Source: a bacterium (GTDB taxonomy: Bacteria > Hinthialibacterota > Hinthialibacteria > Hinthialibacterales > Hinthialibacteraceae). Taken from it: a stretch of 64,000 nt of DNA. The notes under the pieces are model-generated. The model made no database searches and was not told where the DNA came from. It worked only from the letters and a program-made list of their open reading frames with translations. Position numbers and translations under genes: made by a program. Positions 28,202-38,313 of this stretch are shown in pieces. The stretch is taken from NCBI GenBank assembly GCA_963663405.2, contig CAXXSM010000021.1, positions 64,001 to 128,000 on the forward strand, in the 5' to 3' direction. How positions within the stretch are numbered: the stretch's first letter is position 1; each line of letters opens with the position of its first letter.

Positions 28202-31072
28202 TTAATTAAAACGAATGATCATTGGGTTTACATTAACATTGGGGATAATGTATATAGTTTTTCCCTTGTTTGAATCATAGTTACCAGGTACTTGCGTTTG
28301 ATAATCTAATGTAACAGGTGACGAAGAAAAATTAAATTGATAAATATTGGCATTTAGATAGGATGTATTACCGGGCGCATAGAAATTACGATTTTCCGAA
28401 TTTGGAAATACCTCATATTCATCAGTGTGGCTATCAAATCGCCAAATTGCGCCCCATTTTTCACCATTCGCATTGATCCATCCGCATCGGATAGTACCAT
28501 CTTCAAGATTCCAATAACCTAAAACATCTTGCTCATATCTCTCATAGTTTTCTTCTTCTTCGAAACCAGCTGGGATCCAACAACTGTATCCTGCTAAATT
28601 AAGGCCGGGTTTACCAGATCCACCTTTGAATAATAGTTCAGCCACCTTGCATATCTTACGCTCCACATCATCGCTTTGATACATACAAAGTGCTGGACAC
28701 CATGAACTATATGGGTGAGAAAAATAGATGCTTGAATGCCAGGGTCTTCTCTCTATTTCCGTCAACATTGTCGCATCCATCAAAACACGGCGAAGATAGA
28801 ATATCGCTTGACTGGTTTCAGTAAAATCCTCATTCTTTAGAAACGCATATTCTGTGATTGAAAAATCGGGGCGATATCCACCTCGATTACATGTATCAAA
28901 AATATCATCAATTCGTTGCAACCATGTTTTTCTACTACCATTAGTTTGGTGAAGATCTTCTGGAGGACAATACATACTACCATGTATAGAAATCACTTCT
29001 GGCAGCCGATGGAGAGAACCACCTGATTCACTTCTTACTGTATCGATAAAGCCACAGTAAAACGCGCGATCATACTTGCCGATACCAGGCACATCACCAT
29101 CTGGATAGGATAGTGTTTTGTGATCTGCATTGCTCCCCCCACTATGAATTTTCAAATAAGGCCATTCGGACTTAATGCGGTCTCTCGCTTCCAAGTAGTA
29201 TAATGCGAAATTACCTCCAGCATTATACGCATTTGAAGGAGTACTAGTGTTACCCCAAAGTGATTCCCCAGCTTCTTCATTTCCCAATTCAACATCGGTG
29301 ATTGTATTACTTATAGTTCCATCAATATAATCACTAACTCGATTCAGTCGATACATGACAAAACTTGCATATTCATCGGCGTCAGGTACATTATTACCTG
29401 TGTCATAACTGCCCTCTTCCAAGCAATGCATCCAACAAGTTGAAGCGCCAGCTACGAAACAAGGAACAACTTTTAATCCCTGATCATACGAACTATCGAC
29501 GATTGTATCGATATAGCCTGAATAATAATCATGAGCAAAATAGCGGATACAATGCAAGTGATCTTTTTTCTGTCTCTCAAGATTCGTGTCAAGAGCAACA
29601 CTAGTGAACGCGTTATGAGCGCCGAAGAGTGGTGAATCATATATCACCGTAAGACGGGGACGTTGTAAAACCGTTCCGTATTCGCAGGAACGAATTTGAA
29701 AGAATTTGTATAGAGGAAGATCGTCACTTGTGATGATAAAGCCACGATCCCTTACATACGATGTGCCAGAAGCAAGTTGGATAGTCATTGCATTTGTCAC
29801 ATCAAAATCGATATAAATGTTATCTTGATTGGCAGGCAAAACAACAGGAGGTGTCATCGGCTCATCGAATGAACCACCTGCTGTACTCCAGCTGGTGCCA
29901 CTAAGCCGATTATTGTAAGTTACATAGCTTTCATACCAATTTTCAGTCACGGAGAAAGCGCGAGCTTCCGCATCGGATGTCAGATTGCTATCGTTCATAT
30001 ACAATCGTAATGTAGCGGCATTAATGATAGTAGCCGAACTAATTACAATATTTACTATGAATCCAAAAATCAGCCGATCGTCATCGTTGTCGAATGTAAA
30101 AGATGTTGCCGATCCATAATTTGTGGTTGGACTGTTCTCATTGAGTAAGGAATCTTCCGTATAATTGTTGCTAAAAAACGAATGGCTTGGATCGATCGCG
30201 ATATCCCCATACGGCGCGTTCGCCAAATCTCCCAAATGAGCGGAGATTTCAGCGGTTCCGGGAGCGTTTTCGTTTAGCTTCCAATACTGCGCAGTGCGGA
30301 TTTGGGGGGATTCATCGATGGATTCGATCGGGTCTCCGTTTTCATCCAAGGGATACGCCTCCACCGGGCGAAGAGAGCAAACCACTTCACCATCCCGTAC
30401 AAACCGCAACGTCTGGTTTGTATCAATCGGTTCAGCGTAAAGATCGCGCGATTGACCTTCCTGCCTCGCTTCGCTGGTGATGAAGACTTCGGGGATTTCG
30501 AACCGCGCCGTTAAGAACGCGTCCTCTGCCAATACACCTGCGAACACTCCAGCGCGCAGCTGGTCCACATAGGATGCCCGCAGGATGACGTCCACTTTGA
30601 GGATATCATTTATGTAACGGATTGAAAAATCGATGTTGGGGAAGACATCACTCCAACGGATCGTGTCTCCGATGACTTGATAGGCGCCCCAATTCGGCGA
30701 TCCCAATCCCAGCGAACGAAACGCGTCCCCCCGTCCGATTCCGAGATCGGCGAGACGGTAGGTGAACGTGTCTCCTTTGTGGCTGGCCTGATAGGTTCCG
30801 TCATTACGGACTCGCAGCGACCAGATCCCCGTGGTGACCTCGTAGTCCCAATCCGGATCGTTGGAGGAGACCAGATCGGTCACAACCGGCGTCAAATCGC
30901 CTTCCTCATTGTAGTAATATTTTGGATAGCTGAGGAATTCGATCGAACAGGATGAGGTCTGTTCGGCGTTTTCGTAGAGCGGAATCGGCGTAAATGAATC
31001 CGTCTGCCCAAACGCGTAACTAACTATTACAAACGTACAAACAATCGGTAGAAATCGAATTAATTTACTCAT
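28202..31072 (-). CDS. Large secreted protein: unknown N-domain + DNRLRE/CBM96-like domain + putative clan GH-A glycosidase domain
   Basis: GGAGG RBS before ATG 31072, signal peptide; DSLLNENSPTTNYG...ATLRLY...WYESYVTYN...FDVT...RPRLTVIY; ELGNEE and ITEY candidate catalytic Glu motifs. Confidence 0.7.
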   Translation of the reverse strand: MSKLIRFLPIVCTFVIVSYAFGQTDSFTPIPLYENAEQTSSCSIEFLSYPKYYYNEEGDLTPVVTDLVSSNDPDWDYEVTTGIWSLRVRNDGTYQASHKGDTFTYRLADLGIGRGDAFRSLGLGSPNWGAYQVIGDTIRWSDVFPNIDFSIRYINDILKVDVILRASYVDQLRAGVFAGVLAEDAFLTARFEIPEVFITSEARQEGQSRDLYAEPIDTNQTLRFVRDGEVVCSLRPVEAYPLDENGDPIESIDESPQIRTAQYWKLNENAPGTAEISAHLGDLANAPYGDIAIDPSHSFFSNNYTEDSLLNENSPTTNYGSATSFTFDNDDDRLIFGFIVNIVISSATIINAATLRLYMNDSNLTSDAEARAFSVTENWYESYVTYNNRLSGTSWSTAGGSFDEPMTPPVVLPANQDNIYIDFDVTNAMTIQLASGTSYVRDRGFIITSDDLPLYKFFQIRSCEYGTVLQRPRLTVIYDSPLFGAHNAFTSVALDTNLERQKKDHLHCIRYFAHDYYSGYIDTIVDSSYDQGLKVVPCFVAGASTCWMHCLEEGSYDTGNNVPDADEYASFVMYRLNRVSDYIDGTISNTITDVELGNEEAGESLWGNTSTPSNAYNAGGNFALYYLEARDRIKSEWPYLKIHSGGSNADHKTLSYPDGDVPGIGKYDRAFYCGFIDTVRSESGGSLHRLPEVISIHGSMYCPPEDLHQTNGSRKTWLQRIDDIFDTCNRGGYRPDFSITEYAFLKNEDFTETSQAIFYLRRVLMDATMLTEIERRPWHSSIYFSHPYSSWCPALCMYQSDDVERKICKVAELLFKGGSGKPGLNLAGYSCWIPAGFEEEENYERYEQDVLGYWNLEDGTIRCGWINANGEKWGAIWRFDSHTDEYEVFPNSENRNFYAPGNTSYLNANIYQFNFSSSPVTLDYQTQVPGNYDSNKGKTIYIIPNVNVNPMIIRFN

Positions 31073-31169
31073 TAAATCCTCCATACTATTTTGTAAAAAA
31101 ACGTTGATGAAATATCGTTATGAACTCTCATTCTTTCCAATAACCTAAAAATAGGTTCAAACGGACGGT

Positions 31170-31277
31170 TCAATCAAACGTTTCTTTACAAAAAGGAGGC
31201 GGACGGCTCAAGCATTTAAAAATAACTTGACAGATCCAGCCCAAAAAGACTAGAATGAACTCAGAAAAAGGTTCCAT
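31170..31277 (-). CDS. Candidate 35-aa hydrophobic peptide MEPFSEFILVFLGWICQVIFKCLSRPPPFCKETFD
   Basis: AAAGGA RBS 8 nt before ATG 31277; TGA at 31170-72; translated by hand. Confidence 0.35.
   Translation of the reverse strand: MEPFSEFILVFLGWICQVIFKCLSRPPPFCKETFD
31227..31256 (+). promoter_or_regulatory. sigma70-like promoter
   Basis: TTGACA (31227-32)-N18-TAGAAT (31251-56) with no plus-strand ORF downstream. Confidence 0.55.
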
Positions 31278-31339
31278 TGCAGTGTGTCCTTTTTCGAACG
31301 GGCGCGTGACTTGGTTTAGCGGCTAGGCACGCGCCTTTT
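31263..31339 (+). ncRNA. Candidate ~77-nt two-hairpin antisense sRNA
   Basis: Follows the promoter; hairpin gaaaaagg/cctttttc, then terminator ggcgcgtg/cacgcgcc + TTTT. Confidence 0.4.
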
Positions 31340-31749
31340 ATGTTGTTTTCATTCTTAAATCACATCATTCGATCCTTACTATAAACTTGTCTTCATTCTT
31401 TCAAAAATCACCCAAGCGTTAATGGATTCAATGCGATCAGCGTGGACTATAACTCTAGGTTCTTTTCAATCTATGATGTGAGAAAAACGCCTCTGGATTC
31501 CCCGCCGACTCGTCTTACCTGCCGAGACATGAAAACACATTAACAATAACGCGCACCCCAAATACTGTCAACAATTATTTTTGGAACTCTTAAATTTTAG
31601 TTGACAGTTATATACATATAACATCAAAAATTAATAAGACAAAAATAACAACATGTGTAATGTCATATTTGCAATTTGCAAACATGCAAATAAATATCGA
31701 TGGTAAAATTTGTTAATGTATTAGAATATTCGCTTGCAATTCTTATATA

Positions 31750-32934
31750 TTATGAGACAGAAGCGACCGCCCCGGCGTGTGTGTGAATCCGTTCAATCGC
31801 TGAACAGATCACATCGAGTTCTTCTTCCTTCATATCGGAATAGAGAGGGAGGCTTAAGGCGCGTTGTTGGAGGTGGATTGTATTGGTGAGGGTGTTTTCA
31901 TTTGTGGGGGTGTATTGGCGGAAGGCGGTCATTTGATGTAAAACGGGGGAATAATAGACGCGGGTGTGAATCCCATCGTCCAGCAGCGCTTCCGCCAGCC
32001 TGCCGCGTGAGACGCCGAACGCGGTTTCATCCACGGTGATGGAGAAATCTTTGTACGAGGACCGGCAGCCCTTCGTAATTGTTTGGAATCCGATCCCCGG
32101 CAAACGCGCGAGCCGTTCGCGGTAATACCCGGCGGCTTCGTTACGGCGCTGGATCGATGGTTCCAACATCGCGAACGATCGCAACGCCAAAATCGCATGA
32201 AACTCGCTCATCCGGGCGTTTATACCTGGAAAGAGACAATCGTAATTCCCTGGATTCCCATAATTACGTCCTTGGATGATATGCTCCGCGAGCGCGTCAT
32301 CGTTCGTGGCCACGATTCCCCCTTCCCCCGCGATCAACGGCTTAGAGGGGGAAAGGCTGAATACCGCCGCGTTTCCTTCCCCCCCAACAGGCGTTCCATT
32401 GTGGAGCGAACCGAATCCATGAGCGGCGTCGTAGAGCAGAGGGAGGTTATGTTTGTCCGCTAAACATTGCAACGCTTCCACGGGCGCTGGGTTGCCGAAT
32501 TGATGCACGGCGAGAATCGCGGAGGTTTCCTTATGAATGGCCGCTTCCACGGAAGAGAGATCGAGGTTCATCGTTTCCCGGTCTACATCGGCAAAACGCA
32601 ATCGCAGCCGGTTCCAGTCCAGGCAGGTTCCGGACGCGATGAAGGTGAAACTGGGAAGAATCACTTCCGAGCCTTCCGGGAGGCGCAGCGCCTGAACTGC
32701 GAGAAGAAGACCCGCCGTGCAGCTGGATACCGCAATGGCGTATTTCACATTCAAATGAGCGGCGATAACGGCGCCGAATTGTTCCGCATACGGGCCGGTC
32801 GTGAGCATCCCCGTTTCGAATATCTCCCGGAAGGGCTCAACCAAATCATTAAGTGGAGGCAGACAAGGCCGGACAAACGGTAAACTGGGAACGGCCAGTG
32901 GTTCGCCTCCTATAATTGCAGGTAAACTGGGCAT
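31750..32934 (-). CDS. DegT/DnrJ/EryC1/StrS PLP-dependent aminotransferase
   Basis: SSCTAGL, PSFTFIAS, YDAAHGFG, FSLSPSKPLIAGEGG, GINARMSE. Confidence 0.95.
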   Translation of the reverse strand: MPSLPAIIGGEPLAVPSLPFVRPCLPPLNDLVEPFREIFETGMLTTGPYAEQFGAVIAAHLNVKYAIAVSSCTAGLLLAVQALRLPEGSEVILPSFTFIASGTCLDWNRLRLRFADVDRETMNLDLSSVEAAIHKETSAILAVHQFGNPAPVEALQCLADKHNLPLLYDAAHGFGSLHNGTPVGGEGNAAVFSLSPSKPLIAGEGGIVATNDDALAEHIIQGRNYGNPGNYDCLFPGINARMSEFHAILALRSFAMLEPSIQRRNEAAGYYRERLARLPGIGFQTITKGCRSSYKDFSITVDETAFGVSRGRLAEALLDDGIHTRVYYSPVLHQMTAFRQYTPTNENTLTNTIHLQQRALSLPLYSDMKEEELDVICSAIERIHTHAGAVASVS

Positions 32935-33165
32935 GGAGAATTTCCTATACTAGGTGTATAATGTGTACTAGAGTTGTTCAAGGCCAATCTGCAAATTTAT
33001 CTCACAGGCGAGTTCAAAGCCTTAAAAGAATTTGCAGATACCTAAAATTAAAAAATATTGATTTGTTATTGTTTCGTCTTCCCAATCCATTTTCTTTAAT
33101 CAATTCAGAAAACGGATTTTTATTTCACACGATACCACGTATGTAACAACTGAATCTTATAGATT

Positions 33166-33460
33166 ATCACGATTGAGATCAGAACGAACTAATGAAAAAG
33201 AAACTCCGGTAACGGTAGGGTCACGCCTTATCGACCCACCGGGAGTGATCAATGAATACGGCGCCTCATAAAGACGCGACCCACCTACATGGTTATCATG
33301 ATCGAGATCACAACTTGCAAATGAAAATGAGTCGCGGATCAGATAGTTATCCGGACCCATTTTCATATAAACCATCATGATTGAGATCACAACCAGCAAA
33401 TGAAAATGAGTTGCGGGAGATATCTCGAACGAGGAAATCTCGGAAACTCATTTTCATATA
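33166..33460. repeat. Three-unit tandem array with a conserved ~36-nt head and variable hairpins; unit 1 holds a GTAG REP-like doublet
   Basis: ATCA(C/T)GAT(C/T)GAGATCA.AAC....(A/T)AATGAAAA at 33166, 33295 and 33374; ATGAAAATG...CATTTTCAT stems in units 2 and 3. Confidence 0.75.
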
Positions 33461-33700
33461 AAAGAAGAGAATATTGGTAAAAAATAAAGACTTTACACAA
33501 ATTTGTCGATAGAATATAATGGCATTTCAATTATGCCATGGTTTAATCGTGTCTGCAATATGAAACAAATGGATGACACGTATTGGATACGTTATATAAG
33601 AAAATTGACATTCCAACGAATTTCAAGAAGTTTGTTGTATTACCGTATCCACATCCTTGAAAGGCTTCGGGTACAGGGAAAGACCTTGTAAAGAGCAACG

Positions 33701-34573
33701 ATGCATAAGAAGACGAGTCCTAAATACAAAATTGATCAAGCCGAAGTGGAAAAACGGCTTCAAATGGGCAAGGCCGCCGATGAGCTGAGCAAGATGAAGC
33801 AGGAAATGGCGTCAGCGAATCGAGCGATCACGATTACGTCGACAGAAGATGTCCCGTTGGAAAATCTCTCTACAGTTGGTATGGGAGATGAGGAAATTTA
33901 CCTCAATCTCTGCCGGAGTCTTCAGGAATTTCTCGAAAAATTAGGCGAATACGCCTTTTCCCCAAGTGAAATGAGACGTTATTTTCCAAACTCGAAAATC
34001 AAGTATATAATCGGCATTCTCAAAGCCATTGGAATGGAGCTGGAAGCCCGGTATTTAATGGACGTATTCAAGGATCGCGTCAAACAACTCAATGGAGGCA
34101 AACTCCCCACGATCAAAGTCAGGCAGGGGCTTTTTGGGAAAACCACCGAACGCTTGATGAAACCCGAAGAAATCGCGATAAAATACACGTTGGATGAGGG
34201 CGGATCAAAGGAAACAACCGGTGATATCAAATCCATAACTCCATCGGGCACAACGCAAAGTTTATTGGATTACTTGAATACACTCTTCCTTCAAAATGAG
34301 GATATCTTGGATCCACTGAAAAAAGGGCCGCGAAAAACCGCCGCCACATTTCTGCGCACCGTAAAATTGTTAAATCCCACGCCAAAAGATAACAATGAAA
34401 AATTATTTTTCGCTTGTCTACTCACACCAGACAGCATACAACCGAGATCCCGCAATGATAAAGAACGGCTGGTCAAGATGCAGGGGCTATTAAAGAAAGG
34501 ATGTCTATGGCTCGATTCACGAATCGCCGCGAAAAAACTGGTGAGAGAGCCCAACCCGGATACCGGCGCCTAG
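33701..34573 (+). CDS. Hypothetical protein
   Basis: 290-aa ORF with protein-like composition; no motif recognised. Confidence 0.7.
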   Translation: MHKKTSPKYKIDQAEVEKRLQMGKAADELSKMKQEMASANRAITITSTEDVPLENLSTVGMGDEEIYLNLCRSLQEFLEKLGEYAFSPSEMRRYFPNSKIKYIIGILKAIGMELEARYLMDVFKDRVKQLNGGKLPTIKVRQGLFGKTTERLMKPEEIAIKYTLDEGGSKETTGDIKSITPSGTTQSLLDYLNTLFLQNEDILDPLKKGPRKTAATFLRTVKLLNPTPKDNNEKLFFACLLTPDSIQPRSRNDKERLVKMQGLLKKGCLWLDSRIAAKKLVREPNPDTGA

Positions 34574-34732
34574 CCCAGAGACGATTCCTCACCCATTCAT
34601 CACAGATTTTTCTCCCCCTTACCCACGCTCTTTGCTACACTGCACTTGCAAAAACACGTAAAAAAAACGTAAATACCTACACAGTATGAATGCGGTCGAT
34701 TCAATTTACGAACGAAAGAGGGGCGGTGACGT

Positions 34733-35355
34733 ATGGATTTAATCATCGACAACGAAAAAGTCGAAGTAACCGAACCGAAAGAAACCCTTCTTCGTAAGAT
34801 AATCGAGCGGGTTTCCAATGAATTAAAAAATCACAACCGCGTAATCAGTGAAATTTATCTGGACAATCGAGTCATGGGGGATGGGATGATCCCGAAGTGG
34901 CGAACCGGACGATTGAAGAATGTGAGAGCGTCCGGCTCGTGTCGGAAGAACCCCGCAAGCTCGCCCACAAAGTTCTCTACCAGATCGCCGAATATATGCC
35001 CCGCATTGAAAAAGCGTTAATTGAAACCTCCAGCCGGATTCAATCCCGGAAAGAACAAGAAGGGATGGAATTGCTTCATCAAGTCACCACAACCTGGTTG
35101 GAACTCTATCAAGGACTCCAAAGCGCGTTAACAGTGACGGGGATGGATATCGACTCTATTCAAGTGAATGATCAAACGTTTTCCGAAATCAATATCGAGA
35201 TCCAGGATTTTCTCGATGAAATTCAAGAGATGGTGAAAGAACAGCGGTTTCTTGAACTCTCCGATCTGCTCGAATACGAAATCGCCCCCCGCGTCCCCCT
35301 GATTCACGAAGCGATTCTGCTCACAGTACGGGAATTGGAAAAACAGCTGCATTGA
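34733..35355 (+). CDS. Helical hypothetical protein, split by a 1-nt deletion in a G-run near 34876
   Basis: Adding one G joins MDLIIDNEK...VMG(G)WDDPEVANRT...ELSDLLEYEIAP. Confidence 0.7.
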
Positions 35356-35426
35356 AAGAACCGGATCACTCCATCCTGTTTCAGCGAATACCAATCCAGC
35401 CCCCCGATCCTTCTAAAGGAAAGAAT

Positions 35427-36404
35427 TTAAAGCAAACCAAACAGTGAATTCAACGCCGCTTGCGTTCTTTCTAAAGCGGGCTCATTCTCCAGCGCGTTTA
35501 ATTCCTGATTAAATGGTTCACAGGTCAACGGACCGTCGTATCCCATCGTTTGTAACGCATTGATGAATCCCTTCAAATCGATGACGCCTGTCTCGCATGG
35601 TAATGTGCGGCGATTATCCACCTGTTCATCGATCGGGATCCCTTTGGGGGCGTCGTTCACGTGCACATCAACAACGTCATCGTTCGTCAGTTCCGCCAAT
35701 TCATCCAATGCGCCATGTGATGTATACCAATGCCAAGCGTCCAGCAGTAATCCCATGTTGCCCGTTCCGATCGCGTGACAGAGTTCCAGCATCTCTTTTT
35801 GGGTTGATACGAAGGGATAGCGAAAACGGGCGCGGGTTGTGCGGGGTCCGACAAATTCGAGTCCCAACCGCATGCCTTCGTCATTCAGGATGTTCGCCGC
35901 AACTTTTAAACGTTGCCGGTGCTGTTCGAAATTTTCACTATAGGTGAGATCGTTTGTGCCGGGCATGATCCACGTGGAGACGCGGGTCACACCCACACTT
36001 CGCAGAATCTTGGCCTGTTTTACAAATTTCTTGATTCCACTCTTAAAATCTTCCTCGCTGCGCCGGAATTGGACCGGCAGGCCGGCCTGTCCCCATTGAA
36101 TCCCTTTAGCCTTCATTTCCGCCGTGAAATCTTCACGTTCGCTGGGATCGGCTTTCTCCAATTCACCTAGGTTGGCGGTGATGCCTCCAAAACCATATTT
36201 CACCGCATACGCGAGCGTCTGCGGGAGATTCGCACTCACGCCGATCATCCCTGGATTCAGATTTTTATACATTTTCACCTTCTTCTCCGACGCGTCAACA
36301 CGCCCCGCCGTTCCCAACGCCAATCCGGTTCCCACAACCGAAGCCACTTTCATAAATCTTCTGCGGGTAGTCTCTATCTTTTTTGTTTCACGTTCACTCA
36401 ACAT
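35427..36404 (-). CDS. Tat-exported sugar phosphate isomerase/epimerase (AP-endonuclease-2 TIM barrel)
   Basis: TRRRFMK Tat signal; LGLEFVG, LLLDAWHW, VHVND, TCEPF metal ligands. Confidence 0.88.
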   Translation of the reverse strand: MLSERETKKIETTRRRFMKVASVVGTGLALGTAGRVDASEKKVKMYKNLNPGMIGVSANLPQTLAYAVKYGFGGITANLGELEKADPSEREDFTAEMKAKGIQWGQAGLPVQFRRSEEDFKSGIKKFVKQAKILRSVGVTRVSTWIMPGTNDLTYSENFEQHRQRLKVAANILNDEGMRLGLEFVGPRTTRARFRYPFVSTQKEMLELCHAIGTGNMGLLLDAWHWYTSHGALDELAELTNDDVVDVHVNDAPKGIPIDEQVDNRRTLPCETGVIDLKGFINALQTMGYDGPLTCEPFNQELNALENEPALERTQAALNSLFGLL

Positions 36405-36662
36405 AATTCTGCTTCTCCTGATTTTTTTTATCAAATTCTGATTCCCCATCATACTCATCGTAGATGGTTCGATCTAGATGGATGTATATAATGTGAAAGT
36501 GGAAACGAATAATAGAGAACTTCAATTACGAAAAAAAAGAAAAACTGTAAATTTATATAATTCTGCAGGTCTACGCGTCTATTGCAATGGAGGAATCGAT
36601 TTCGTACAATGAATCGATTTTGATGAATTCAATCCAACCCATCAAATGGAGAAAACTCGGCC

Positions 36663-38066
36663 ATGAACGCATTTAAGAATCTCTCTCTTCTCGTTGTTTG
36701 CCTTCTCATTTGCGCGTCCGTTTTTGGGGAGCCAACAAACGGTCCCTTGCAGGTTTGTCCAGATAACCCACGTTATTTCGCGGATCAAAGCGGTGAAGCG
36801 GTTCTTCTAACGGGATCGCATGTTTGGTACAACTTAGTGGATATGGGACCGGGCGATCCGCCTCCTGTGTTTGATTATGAAAAATATCTCGATTGGATGA
36901 CCTCGCTCAATCATAATTTCATGCGCATGTGGACGTGGGAAATGGTGGCTTGGGACACGGAGGGAAACAATCCCAAAAACCGCAATGAGAACACATTCCA
37001 TACGGTCCATCCGTCGCCCTGGAAACGCACCGGGCCGGGAATCGCATTGGACGGCAAACCACGCTTTGATCTAACGGCGTTTAATCCGGATTATTTCAAA
37101 CGACTGCGCGAGCGAGTCACCGCCGCGAGGGACCGTGGGATTTATGTCTCGATCATGCTTTTTGAAGGTTGGGCTATGCAGCGGATTGAAGGTGGATTTA
37201 AATATCATCCCTTCCATCCATCTAATAACAAAAATGGGATTAACGCCGACGCCAATGGTGATGGAAAAGGCCTCGAAGCATACGAACTTGTTATCCCCGC
37301 CGTCACCGCCATTCAGGAAGCCTTTGTCAAAAAGGTCATCGACACCGTCAACGATTTGGATAATGTACTGTACGAAATCTCAAATGAAAACCATCCTGAA
37401 TCAACCGAATGGCAGTATCACATGATTAATTTCATTCACAACTATGAGAAAGATAAACCCGCTCAACATCCAGTGGGAATGACCTTCCAATTCAAGGGTG
37501 GCGCAAATCAAACACTATTCGACAGTCCGGCGGAATGGATCTCGCCAAACAATGAAGGCGGATACCGGGACAATCCACCCGATGGCAAAGGAAAGAAAGT
37601 GATCCTTACCGACACGGATCATCTCTGGGGCATCGGCGGGAATATGGATTGGGTATGGAAGAGCGTCTGCCGGGGAATGAATCCAATCTTCATGGATCCC
37701 TATGACGGCATTGTGCTGGGCAAACCCTTCGATCCCCAATGGGAACCGATCCGAAACAGCATGGGATACGCGCTGCGATACGCAGAGAAAATGAACCTAA
37801 CCGCCATGACGCCACACTACGAGTTGGCGTCCAGCGAATACTGCCTGGCCAATCCAGGAAGCGAATATCTGATCTACCTTCCCACAGGAAACGAAGTCAC
37901 AGTCGACCTAAGCGGCGCTGAAACAGCCTATACGGTCGAATGGTTTAGTCCCCTTAAAGCGCAGTTCCGCATCGAATCAGATATCAAAGGCGGCGCATCC
38001 AGGACTTTAAAATCACCATTTGGTGAAGAGGTGGCGGTGTTGTATTTGAGCTGCGTGGAGAAATGA
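36663..38066 (+). CDS. Secreted DUF6298/DUF4038-like putative glycoside hydrolase with C-terminal beta-sandwich
   Basis: Signal peptide; NPRYF, LTGSH, DNVLYEISNE, DTDHLWG, YTVEWFSP. Confidence 0.75.
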   Translation: MNAFKNLSLLVVCLLICASVFGEPTNGPLQVCPDNPRYFADQSGEAVLLTGSHVWYNLVDMGPGDPPPVFDYEKYLDWMTSLNHNFMRMWTWEMVAWDTEGNNPKNRNENTFHTVHPSPWKRTGPGIALDGKPRFDLTAFNPDYFKRLRERVTAARDRGIYVSIMLFEGWAMQRIEGGFKYHPFHPSNNKNGINADANGDGKGLEAYELVIPAVTAIQEAFVKKVIDTVNDLDNVLYEISNENHPESTEWQYHMINFIHNYEKDKPAQHPVGMTFQFKGGANQTLFDSPAEWISPNNEGGYRDNPPDGKGKKVILTDTDHLWGIGGNMDWVWKSVCRGMNPIFMDPYDGIVLGKPFDPQWEPIRNSMGYALRYAEKMNLTAMTPHYELASSEYCLANPGSEYLIYLPTGNEVTVDLSGAETAYTVEWFSPLKAQFRIESDIKGGASRTLKSPFGEEVAVLYLSCVEK

Positions 38067-38313
38067 AATTTCATAATAATGAAAAGTATAGAAACTAACA
38101 TTTCTTTTTTTTAGACGAAAAAGTGCGAAGATATTTTCGTGAAATTGCGAGTAGTGTTAACGATCTAAAAAAACCAAAGTATGGGTAAATCCAGACAAAG
38201 ATAAAGAAACGCCTATTCAATGGCTTGAGAGTGGAGCGGAGGCAGAGGACGCAAGAATGCTTGGCGCATAAGATTAATTTGATTCTCAATTCTGGATCAT
38301 AATTGTATGCATG

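Noticed and set aside
33166-33460. Possible mini-CRISPR (repeat ending AATGAAAA)
   Set aside because: Only three divergent units with unequal spacing (129 and 79 nt), self-complementary spacers that pair with the repeat, and no cas genes; kept as a non-CRISPR array.
34860-34900. Programmed ribosomal frameshift joining the 34733 and 34897 ORFs
   Set aside because: No canonical slippery heptamer or stimulatory structure is evident; a one-base G-run deletion explains it, like other indels in the window.
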